Origin: an uncultured bacterium
GTDB lineage: Bacteria > Armatimonadota > Hebobacteria > CAIYQO01
Length of the DNA stretch: 64,000 bases
NCBI GenBank assembly: GCA_964590255.1
Contig: CAZPYA010000013.1
Location: 1,549-65,548, forward strand
Direction of reading: 5' to 3'
Part shown: one piece after another, positions 54,958 to 63,082 of the stretch
Numbering within the stretch: the first letter of the stretch is position 1
Layout: the number at the start of each line of letters is the position of its first letter
The notes under the pieces: model-generated
The model's database searches: none
Told to the model about the DNA's origin: nothing
What the model saw: only the letters and a program-made list of their open reading frames with translations
Translations under genes and position numbers: made by a program

Positions 54958-55398
54958 ATGCGTTGTGAGGTTCAATCCGGTTTCCTGATGATCCGCAAGT
55001 GCAACAGCGTCGCCGCCGATCGCTGCTGTTTTTGCGGCATCGGCGTCTGCGCCGAGCACGGTTACCCGCTCACTCGTGAGCAGATCAGCATGTATGGCGT
55101 CACGGCGACAACCACCCAGCCGGTATCCTGCCAGAAGTGCATTCAGCAAAAGATGCACGACGGCGCGCCCGGCCAACAGCAAGCCCAGCCGGGCCAAGCA
55201 CAGCAACCCGGCATGCAGCAGCAGGGACAGCCCGGTGGCATGTATTACGATCCCTACCCGTATTACCCGTACGGCGGCTACCACCCGTACTACTGGGGTG
55301 ACGACTTCAACTCCCGCGATCGTCACGCCTTCGAAAATCGCGGTTCGTCCGGCGGTACCGAGGCCGGCGCCGATGCCGCGGATCCCCTTGAAAGCTGA
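54958..55398 (+). CDS. Cys-rich N-terminal / Gln-Pro-Tyr-rich C-terminal small protein, unknown function
   Basis: 146 aa with eight Cys in the first 61 aa, including CCFCGIGVCAEH and CQKC. These are followed by QQQAQPGQAQQPGMQQQGQPGG and YYDPYPYYPYGGYHPYYWGDDF. Confidence 0.6.
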   Translation: MRCEVQSGFLMIRKCNSVAADRCCFCGIGVCAEHGYPLTREQISMYGVTATTTQPVSCQKCIQQKMHDGAPGQQQAQPGQAQQPGMQQQGQPGGMYYDPYPYYPYGGYHPYYWGDDFNSRDRHAFENRGSSGGTEAGADAADPLES

Positions 55399-56341
55399 CC
55401 TTGACATCCTCTACTACGCCTGCGGTGGCGGCATGGGGCATATCACCCGCGCCACCGCTATTTTGCGCCAGTTACGCCGGAACGGCATCACTGAACTGCT
55501 GGCCGTCGTCAACGCGACGAATACGTCACCACTGGAGCAAGAAGGCTTGCCGTATCTGCATCTCACCGAGCGTGATCCGAAACGCTTCCGCGAACAGGTT
55601 GCGGTGACGATAGAGGCATATCAACCGCATGTGCTGGTGGTCGATGCCTTCCCTAATGGGATAGTCGGCGAACTGCCCGCGCTGTTGCCCTCATTGCCGT
55701 GCCGCACGATGCTCGTATATCGTCACTTGCGCGAGCCGTACCGCCGGGAGTTGCCAGCCGCCGCCTTCGACCTGTTCCTCTGCGCGGAAGGCCCGATAAT
55801 TGAAATGGACCGTCGGCAATACGATTGCGAGCCGGTGCTCATCCGCGACGCCGACGAACTGTTGCCCCGCGCTGAAGCACGACGCAAACTGGGCGTCACC
55901 GATGACGCGCCCGTGGTACTGGGCGTCGGCTGCGGTGAACCGGAGTGGGACGCGTCGGTGTTCGGCCTGCTGGAGAAGATCTGGCGCCGCCGGCAGCCCT
56001 TAGCACATCTGCGACTGGCATCGCTGACGCCGGCGGCGGGCACCGTTAATCATTTCCCGCTGCTGGAGTTGTTCAACGGCGTCGACCTACTCGTCGGCGC
56101 CGGCGGATACAACCTGGCGCATGAAGCGCGGGCCTGTGGCGTGCCGGCGCTCTTCCTGCCCCGCGCCCGGCGCTATGACGACCAGCAGTGGCGCGCTGGA
56201 AGCGACGGGGTCGACAGTCCGGAGGCGCTGGAAGCCCGCATCATGGCATCGCTGACGGCACTTACGCCGCGACCGGCGTCAGCGTATAACAATGGTGCTT
56301 CGCGTGCCGCCGGGGCTATCGCTGAGTTGCTGGCTCGGTAA
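55373..56341 (+). CDS. GT28/MurG-like glycosyltransferase (UDP-glycosyltransferase superfamily)
   Basis: The N-terminus reads ILYYACGGGMGHITRA and the C-terminus reads LLVGAGGYNLAHEARACGVPALFLP. The start is uncertain. ATG 55373 would overlap the upstream gene by 26 nt, and TTG 55388 is the alternative. Confidence 0.5.
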   Translation: MPRIPLKADLDILYYACGGGMGHITRATAILRQLRRNGITELLAVVNATNTSPLEQEGLPYLHLTERDPKRFREQVAVTIEAYQPHVLVVDAFPNGIVGELPALLPSLPCRTMLVYRHLREPYRRELPAAAFDLFLCAEGPIIEMDRRQYDCEPVLIRDADELLPRAEARRKLGVTDDAPVVLGVGCGEPEWDASVFGLLEKIWRRRQPLAHLRLASLTPAAGTVNHFPLLELFNGVDLLVGAGGYNLAHEARACGVPALFLPRARRYDDQQWRAGSDGVDSPEALEARIMASLTALTPRPASAYNNGASRAAGAIAELLAR

Positions 56342-57410
56342 GGGCTGCGTTCAACACGCGGTTTTCCGCCAGAAAATCGTCACACGCGCCGCAAGCCGGA
56401 AGGCGCCGCGCGCGGAACTGCTGCCGAAAGGACTCTGCCATCTCACCCAGGAATATCTCGCGAAACGACGCGAAGAGGATATTGCCCAGTGGTGGTATGC
56501 GCCCGCGCAGCATGCAGCAGGGGAGTATGTCGCCGTTCCACAGCACTAGCGCGTGCAGCCACGGCGCGAAGCAGAGATGATCGGCATAATAGCCGCGCGC
56601 ATACGCCGAATTGGCCGCATGCCGCAGCTCCGGCTTCCCATCGCCGAAGGGGTAGACCAGGTGGCGGGCCGTGCTGTAGCCATATTCCGCGCGTAGCGCT
56701 GCCACCGCCGGAGCGATGACATCGTTGTATTCCTGCAACTGCCACGGCAACAGGCGGTTCTCGGTCGTCGATTTCTCGTCGACCGGAAAGACCGCCACCT
56801 CGTCGACACCGCTGCCGTGGGCCAGCGCCAGCAGTTCGGGGTATGCCTGGTAGTTCGCGCGGGCAAGCACCATATTCAACCGGATGTTCACCTTCGCCTT
56901 CAGTGCCTTGCGCGCGCGGTGCAGGTGACGGATGCCAGCGATGGTGCGTTTGAAGGCACCCTTTACGCCGCGAAGCGGATCGTGCAGTGCCGGTTCGGGG
57001 CCATCCAGCGACACCGTCACCGTGCGCAAGCCCGCCGACAGCAGCGCCGTTGCCAGTTCGGCGGTGACCCGCGTACCATTGGTGGTTAGTGATGTTTTCA
57101 TGCCCAGGCCCGCGGCATGGGTGATCAGGGGTACGAGGTCGTCGCGCAGCGTGCATTCCCCGCCGGAAAAATGCACCTTGCGGCAGTCCATTTGCGCCAA
57201 GTCGTCAAGGAGGCGTATCACATCGTCGGTGGTCAGCGCGTCCGGTTCGTGTAATTGCCAGATGCGGCAGAAGACGCAGCGCAGATTGCAACGAGCGGTG
57301 AGCTTAATTTTCGCCTCGCGGATGTGCTGCGCCGGCGCCCCCGCGGTCACGCAGTCGCGAAGTTCAGCACACAGCGCCGGATCTTCGATCAGTGCGGCGG
57401 GGTCATACAT
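56316..57410 (-). CDS. radical SAM enzyme with C-terminal SPASM/twitch-like Cys cluster
   Basis: It contains CNLRCVFC (CX3CX2C), SGGECTL and a C-terminal CFAPW..GDILPCC..CGAC. The start is taken at ATG 57410. Its 3' end overlaps the convergent GT28-like gene by 26 nt. Confidence 0.8.
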   Translation of the reverse strand: MYDPAALIEDPALCAELRDCVTAGAPAQHIREAKIKLTARCNLRCVFCRIWQLHEPDALTTDDVIRLLDDLAQMDCRKVHFSGGECTLRDDLVPLITHAAGLGMKTSLTTNGTRVTAELATALLSAGLRTVTVSLDGPEPALHDPLRGVKGAFKRTIAGIRHLHRARKALKAKVNIRLNMVLARANYQAYPELLALAHGSGVDEVAVFPVDEKSTTENRLLPWQLQEYNDVIAPAVAALRAEYGYSTARHLVYPFGDGKPELRHAANSAYARGYYADHLCFAPWLHALVLWNGDILPCCMLRGRIPPLGNILFASFREIFLGEMAESFRQQFRARRLPACGACDDFLAENRVLNAALTEPATQR

Positions 57411-57414
57411 GTGG

Positions 57415-58296
57415 TTACGCCGCCGGCGTGGCGCCCGGGGCGCGACAGGTCTGTAGTTGTGAATAGACGTAAATGAACATCCCCAGCAGCGCATCGCCGC
57501 TGGCCAGATTGGTCTCGCCGGTCACATTACTGCCATACCGGCCGGTATGTTTTTCCTGCATGCCGGTGACGCCGATAATGCGCACGATGCCGTCGCGCAC
57601 CTGCACCCGGCGCACCTGCACGCCGTTCAGCGCGCAGGGCAGCAGCGTTTGCTGTAATTGCGGCCAGTTCGGGTAGGATTCAGGCGCGATACGCAGCACC
57701 AGCGTAATCTCCTCATCAATCCGTTCGCGCACCTTCGTGTATTTCCGCTTCTGCTTTTCCTTGCAATTGATCGTCTGCTCGATTTTTACCTTGAAATTAG
57801 TGGCGTCGCACAGGCTGCCTTTGGCATTGAACCAGGTGTCGACATATTTCTTCTGCCGGAAGCTGGAGAATGTGCCACCGCTCTGGTTCACCAGTTGCCC
57901 GTGCTTCTGATACGGATCGAAGCTGATGTGCACGGCGCATTTTGCCTTGCGCGATATATCCTGACCGATGACGGAGAAGAAGCGCAGGGCCAGTTCGACG
58001 CGCCGGTTTTCCATGTCCTCTTTCGCCCACTTCGCGCGTTTCACCCCCCAGATAATCAGCATCACCAGGCAGGGGAGGGTGATGAAACATGCCAGCAATA
58101 TCGCCAACGTGGGTTGCTCAATAATGAAGAGGACGATCATCAGTGCGACGCTGACACCAAATCCCGCGCCCCAGCGTCCCATGAACGTGTTGCAGGTGGC
58201 CAACTCGCTTTCAACATACTTATCGTAAGACTGCAGGCGCCGCAGTTCCAGGATTACGCTGTCCAGTGGTCCGAAGAGATTGGCTGGTTGTGCCAT
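57415..58296 (-). CDS. two-TM membrane protein with Lys-rich soluble C-terminal domain, unknown function
   Basis: The start is ATG 58296, after GAGGGGGAG. The two TM helices are GAGFGVSVALMIVLFIIEQ and PTLAILLACFITLPCLVMLIIWGV. Its stop lies 4 nt before the radical SAM start. The gene is visibly lower in GC than its neighbours. Confidence 0.6.
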   Translation of the reverse strand: MAQPANLFGPLDSVILELRRLQSYDKYVESELATCNTFMGRWGAGFGVSVALMIVLFIIEQPTLAILLACFITLPCLVMLIIWGVKRAKWAKEDMENRRVELALRFFSVIGQDISRKAKCAVHISFDPYQKHGQLVNQSGGTFSSFRQKKYVDTWFNAKGSLCDATNFKVKIEQTINCKEKQKRKYTKVRERIDEEITLVLRIAPESYPNWPQLQQTLLPCALNGVQVRRVQVRDGIVRIIGVTGMQEKHTGRYGSNVTGETNLASGDALLGMFIYVYSQLQTCRAPGATPAA

Positions 58297-58377
58297 ATCG
58301 ACTCCCCCTCGCAAAGCTAAAGTAAGTGTAATCGCTCCCGTCGCTTTCTGCAAGGGAATGCCGGGAATCGCCGGGTA

Positions 58378-58386
58378 TGATACAAT
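58378..58386 (+). promoter_or_regulatory. candidate extended -10 (TGATACAAT) placed 7 nt before the GT4 ATG (possible leaderless mRNA)
   Basis: TG is at 58378-58379, TACAAT at 58381-58386 and the ATG at 58393. No SD sequence lies in between. Confidence 0.3.
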
Positions 58387-58392
58387 GACGGC

Positions 58393-59601
58393 ATGCCCAG
58401 CCGGCCATCCGTGCTCTATTGCTGCTACGATCCCATCCCTTCGCCGAAGGGCGCTGGCACGCACATACGTTATTTCGTCGAGGCGCTGGCGGAGCGTTTT
58501 GCTGTCACGCTGCTGAGCATTGACCGCGAAGCGCGCGACGACACGGTGTTCGGTGCGCGTCACCGGGTGATCGGCCTGCCGCAAGAACACTTCCTCGACC
58601 GCGCGCTGGCGTACCGAGACGCCGTGTGGGATCTACTGGAAGTGGAAGCGTTCGACATCGTGCATTTCCGCACCATGTGGGCGGCCGTGCCCGTCGCCAA
58701 AGAAAAATCCCGCCGGTGTTTCCGCGCGGTCTGCGAAGTCAATGCCGTTGACAGCATCGAGCTGAAATACCATTATCCCGCGTTGCGCGCCGCGCCGGAG
58801 GCGCTAGCGAAGCTGCGCACACAGGAAGACACGGGATTCGCCACGGCGGACCTGCTGGTGACGCCGTCACAGGTGACGCGGCGCTACCTGCTGCGCCGTG
58901 GGGTGGGGGACGAGCGGATCGTCGTCATCCCCAACGGCGTGGATACCACGCGCTTCACGCCGGCACGTACCGAGCCGCATGACGGCGTCACGCTGCTCTA
59001 CCTCGGCACCCAGGCGCCCTGGCAGGGACTGGATATCTTGCTGCAGGCGGTGCAAAAGCTGGGGTCGGCCTATCCCCTCCGGCTGCGACTGCTGTGCCCG
59101 GCGACTCGTAAATGGAGCCAGCCGCTACGCAGGTTGATACGGAAATTCAAGCTGGCGGAAGTGGTCGAGGAACTGCCAGCCGTGCCACATGAGGAGGTGG
59201 CGGCATTCATCCGGCGGGCAGATATCTGCATCGCCCCGCTGGCACCCACCGAGCGCAATCTTGTGCAGGGATGTCATCCCATCAAGCTGCTGGAATATAT
59301 GGCCTGTGGCACCGCGATCGTCGCCGCGGATCTGCCGGTGGTGCGCGAAATCATCGATGACGAAGACACGGGCTTGCTCTTCAAGGTCAGCAAGCCATCG
59401 CGGCTGGCTGACTGCTTGGCGCGGTTGATTGACGACAGCGACCTGCGCGTGCGGTTAGGCGCGCGCGCTGCGCAGGTGGCGCGGGAACGCTTCACCTGGG
59501 GCATGGCGCAACACTCCCTGCTTACCGCTTACGCGCGCCTGCTGGCCAGCACCTCTTCATACAGCGACAGCAGTTGTGTCAACTCCTGCTCGGGCGCGTG
59601 A
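58393..59601 (+). CDS. glycosyltransferase family 4 (GT-B, retaining)
   Basis: The C-terminal half has the EX7E-type region PTERNLVQGCHPIKLLEYMACGTAIVA plus ..RERFTW. The N-terminus is YDPIPSPKGAGTHIRY. Confidence 0.75.
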   Translation: MPSRPSVLYCCYDPIPSPKGAGTHIRYFVEALAERFAVTLLSIDREARDDTVFGARHRVIGLPQEHFLDRALAYRDAVWDLLEVEAFDIVHFRTMWAAVPVAKEKSRRCFRAVCEVNAVDSIELKYHYPALRAAPEALAKLRTQEDTGFATADLLVTPSQVTRRYLLRRGVGDERIVVIPNGVDTTRFTPARTEPHDGVTLLYLGTQAPWQGLDILLQAVQKLGSAYPLRLRLLCPATRKWSQPLRRLIRKFKLAEVVEELPAVPHEEVAAFIRRADICIAPLAPTERNLVQGCHPIKLLEYMACGTAIVAADLPVVREIIDDEDTGLLFKVSKPSRLADCLARLIDDSDLRVRLGARAAQVARERFTWGMAQHSLLTAYARLLASTSSYSDSSCVNSCSGA

Positions 59602-60695
59602 TGCGCTTCCACGTGCGCGCGGGCACGTTGTCCTATCTCTTCACGATACCGAGCGCCCGCATCGAGCAATTCCACGCAGGCTTCACCCAGCCGCGGCAGA
59701 TCGTGGATGTCGACGAGGAAGCCGGTCTCACCGTGGGTCACCAGATCGCGGATGCCGCCGGCGTTGCTGGCCAGCACCGGCCGCGCGCAGGCCATCGCCT
59801 CCAGTATGCTGTTTGGCATGCCGTCCCATAACGACGGTGATAGCACGATATCCATCAGGTTGTAGTAGCGTACCAGCTCCTCGCGGTCGCGGATGTAGTC
59901 CACCACGTGCAAGTCGTCGCGCAGGGTGGGATACTGGCGCAGGTAGCGCTTCAAAAAATTGGCGTCTTCCCCGCGCATGCCGCCCACCAGCAGCAGCTTG
60001 ACCGGCACCTGCTCGTGTACCTGCCGGAAGGCGTCCAGCACGTAGGCGGTGCCTTTCTTGACGCGCAACTCGCCCACGAAGCCGAGGATCGCCTGGCCGT
60101 CGCGATGCTGCAGCGCCTTCAGAATCCGCACATCCTTTGGCTGTGGCTGGAAACAGGCCGCATCAACCGCGTTTGGTGTATACTGCACATCGGTACGCGC
60201 GGACAGCGCCGTGCATTTTGCTGCCAGCTCGCGGCTGACACAGCCGATGCCGCCCGTCCGGCGCAGCGTCCAGTGCAGTAAGGCGAACTGGTCGCCGCGG
60301 AAGGCCCCGCGGTCCACATCGTTGCCGCGAATGCTCACATAGGACGCGGTGTTAACGCGCGTGGCGAAGTAAGTGGCGAGGTAGCCGGCGGGCACGGCGA
60401 AATGCCCGTGGATAAGGTCGAACTGCACGCGGTCGTGCAGGTATTGCAGCACGTTCTCCGCCAGTTGCAGCGTCAGGTCGATGGAGTCCATCGGCCCCAG
60501 GCGATACACCATCACCTCGCCTTCGCGTGTGCTGTCCACCGCGCCGGGATCGGCGTCGGCGGCGATATTCACCACGTGTATCAGGTGCCCGCGTCCGGCG
60601 ATGCCGTTGGCCAGCCGGTATGCGGATGCGCCCAGGCCACCGGCCTGGGGCGGGTAGCGATCGGTGATGAGCAGGAAACGACGCGCAGTTGTCAT
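59529..60695 (-). CDS. glycosyltransferase family 4
   Basis: It contains LLITDRYPPQAGGLGASAYRLA, SLWDGMPNSILEAMACARPVLAS and TGFLV. The start is at ATG 60695. The 3' ends of the two GT4 genes overlap by 73 nt. Confidence 0.8.
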   Translation of the reverse strand: MTTARRFLLITDRYPPQAGGLGASAYRLANGIAGRGHLIHVVNIAADADPGAVDSTREGEVMVYRLGPMDSIDLTLQLAENVLQYLHDRVQFDLIHGHFAVPAGYLATYFATRVNTASYVSIRGNDVDRGAFRGDQFALLHWTLRRTGGIGCVSRELAAKCTALSARTDVQYTPNAVDAACFQPQPKDVRILKALQHRDGQAILGFVGELRVKKGTAYVLDAFRQVHEQVPVKLLLVGGMRGEDANFLKRYLRQYPTLRDDLHVVDYIRDREELVRYYNLMDIVLSPSLWDGMPNSILEAMACARPVLASNAGGIRDLVTHGETGFLVDIHDLPRLGEACVELLDAGARYREEIGQRARAHVEAHHAPEQELTQLLSLYEEVLASRRA

Positions 60696-60779
60696 AACGA
60701 GGTAATCATTTCGACATCTCACTCCGGTATCCTTGCGATACTCGGGTTGCTGGTGTCCTCTCCGGCAACCGCGGTGACC

Positions 60780-60815
60780 AAATAAAATACCGGACCATGC
60801 GAAGCACGGTCCGGC
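60780..60815 (-). terminator. intrinsic terminator downstream of tRNA-Arg
   Basis: The minus strand reads CCGGACCGTGC-TTC-GCATGGTCCGG followed by TATTTTATTT. Confidence 0.7.
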
Positions 60816-60820
60816 GAAGA

Positions 60821-60895
60821 TGGTACCCCCGACAGGATTCGAACCTGTGATGCAGGCTCCGGAGGCCTGTGCCTTATCCACTTGGCCACGGGGGC
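60821..60895 (-). tRNA. tRNA-Arg (anticodon CCG), CCA encoded
   Basis: Hand-folded cloverleaf. The acceptor is GCCCCCG/CGGGGGT. The anticodon arm is CAGGC-CTCCGGA-GCCTG, giving anticodon CCG. The T arm is ACAGG-TTCGAAT-CCTGT, with discriminator A plus CCA. Total length is 75 nt. Confidence 0.9.
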
Positions 60896-60992
60896 GCGAG
60901 TCATATCTTATGGAATGTTGAATGTATCTGTCAAGGTGTGGCAGGCTGGAACGTTACAATAACGGCGGTTATTTACCCGATGAGGTATCGTC

Positions 60993-62987
60993 ATGACGAA
61001 AACACCCTGTATCTTCGTCTTTCATAATCATCAGCCGGTCGGCAATTTTCCCTGGGTCACCGAGGAGTGCTACCAGACGGCGTACGAGCCATTTTTGACC
61101 GTGCTGGAGCGCCATCCGCGCGTGCGGGTGGGCCTGCATTTCACCGGGCCACTCCTCGCCTGGCTACGGGCGGAGCGGCCAGAGTATCTGGCGCGTGTGC
61201 GCGCGTTGGTCGACGCAGGGCAGGTAGAAATACTTGGCGGCGGCATATTTGAGCCAATCCTCCCGGTGATCCCGGAACGCGACCGCCGGGGACAGTTGAT
61301 ATTGCTCAGCCAGTGGGTGGAGGAGACCTTCGGGCACACGCCCTCAGGCGCCTGGCTCGCGGAACGCGTGTGGGAGCCGTCGCTGCCGCCATCGCTGCAG
61401 GCTGCCGGCATCGACTACGTGCTCCTGGATGACGAAGTCTTTCATCGCCAGGGCTTCACGCCGTTGCAGACGTGCCGTACCTTCATCACCGAGGAGGATG
61501 GCGCCACCGTGCGCGTGCTGCCCATCAGCCGCCGACTGCGCTATACCATCCCTGAAAAACCGGTGGCTGACGTGCTGCGCATCCTGCGTGCGATGGCCGC
61601 CGAAGGCGCCGAGGTCATCATCTACGCGGAGGATGGCGAGCGCTTCGGCAACTGGCCGGGCACGCAGGCATACCTGTATGGCAAAGAGCACTATCTGGAA
61701 CAGTTGATGACGGCTATCGAAACGGCGGACGAGTTGGAGTGCGTGCTGCCCGGCGACTACGTGCGCGCCCACGCCCCGCGCGAACGCGTATACCTGCCAC
61801 CAACGAGCTACCAGGAGATGCTGGAATGGTCCGGCGGTTTCTGGCGCAATTTCCTCACCCGCTACCGCGAAAGCAACCTGATGCATAAGAAAATGTGCCA
61901 GGTCAGCCGCTGGGTGGCACAAGCAGAGGACGATGGCCATGACGTGACGGCGGCTCGACATGACCTGTATGCCGCCCAATGCAACTGTGCGTATTGGTAC
62001 GGCGCGTTCGGTGGGCTATATCTGCCGCATCTGCGCCGTGCCGTCTACCAGCATCTGCTGCGCGCGGAAGCGGCCGTCGCGCCGGTACTGCCACCCGAAA
62101 CCCGCCCGCCGCTACAGGTGACGGATCACGATGCCGATGGCCGCGCGGAGCTGTTCTTGCGTGCCGAATCGCTCTCCGTGGGCATTGCGCCGGCGCAAGG
62201 CGGAGGCATTTTCGCCCTGGAGCATCTGGAACTGGCGCACAACTTTCTAAATACCATGGCGCGCTACCCACTGCACAAAGACACCATCCCGGACGGCGTG
62301 ATATTACCTGTCGACTGGCACCCCCGCTTCAGTTGCCTCGATCATCTGTTGTCGCCGGCGACGACGGTGGAGGACATGCCGCGAAATAGCTTCGGCGAAC
62401 TGGGCGATTTCGTGCTGGGCGCGTATGAGTGCATCCATGCCGAAGACGACATGGTGACGCTGCGGCGCGACGGCCATTTCTGGGATGGCCCCGCGTTCGT
62501 ACCGCTGCGCATCGACAAGCGCTTTCGCATCGAAGATGGACGGTTGTGCGTGGAGTATACGCTCACGAACACGACGGATCAGACGCGGTCGCTGCGGTTC
62601 GCGGTCGAGATGCAGGTGCAGTTGACCGCGGGTGACGTCTCCGGGCGTCAGCTCACGGTGCCGAAAGGGCGGCGGAGCAAGCGCGTGCGGCTGGAAGCGG
62701 TCACCGCGCTGCCTGCCATCGCGGAAGCCACATTTCGCGATGAGTGGCTGGGCGGAGCACTCACCTGCCGCGTGACGCCGGCAACCGCTATGTGGATCTA
62801 CCCCATTCAGACGCCGTTGTGTGCATTGGACGGCCTCGAATGGGTATACCAGAGCACAGTGTCGCTGCCGGTCTGGCAGTTAACCCTTGGCTCCGGCGAG
62901 AGCTGGTCAGCGCACATTACGCTTGATGTCGCAAAAATTACACCGGCACCGGCATCAGCGGTACCGTTGGCTGGCATAACACGGTAA
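60993..62987 (+). CDS. glycoside hydrolase family 57 protein (alpha-glucan-active; amylase/4-alpha-glucanotransferase-like)
   Basis: The N-terminus is CIFVFHNHQPVGNF..EECYQTAYEPFL. Further motifs are GQVEILGGGIFEPILP and WLAERVWEP. The C-terminal extension is DUF1925/1926-like. Confidence 0.8.
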   Translation: MTKTPCIFVFHNHQPVGNFPWVTEECYQTAYEPFLTVLERHPRVRVGLHFTGPLLAWLRAERPEYLARVRALVDAGQVEILGGGIFEPILPVIPERDRRGQLILLSQWVEETFGHTPSGAWLAERVWEPSLPPSLQAAGIDYVLLDDEVFHRQGFTPLQTCRTFITEEDGATVRVLPISRRLRYTIPEKPVADVLRILRAMAAEGAEVIIYAEDGERFGNWPGTQAYLYGKEHYLEQLMTAIETADELECVLPGDYVRAHAPRERVYLPPTSYQEMLEWSGGFWRNFLTRYRESNLMHKKMCQVSRWVAQAEDDGHDVTAARHDLYAAQCNCAYWYGAFGGLYLPHLRRAVYQHLLRAEAAVAPVLPPETRPPLQVTDHDADGRAELFLRAESLSVGIAPAQGGGIFALEHLELAHNFLNTMARYPLHKDTIPDGVILPVDWHPRFSCLDHLLSPATTVEDMPRNSFGELGDFVLGAYECIHAEDDMVTLRRDGHFWDGPAFVPLRIDKRFRIEDGRLCVEYTLTNTTDQTRSLRFAVEMQVQLTAGDVSGRQLTVPKGRRSKRVRLEAVTALPAIAEATFRDEWLGGALTCRVTPATAMWIYPIQTPLCALDGLEWVYQSTVSLPVWQLTLGSGESWSAHITLDVAKITPAPASAVPLAGITR

Positions 62988-63082
62988 GGTTCCTCACATC
63001 GGCGTTCGTTATACCGCGGGGAATCTGGTATAGTCAAGGAGTCCTGTCCGAAGCGCGGATTCACGGGAGCCAGGAGTAAAAG

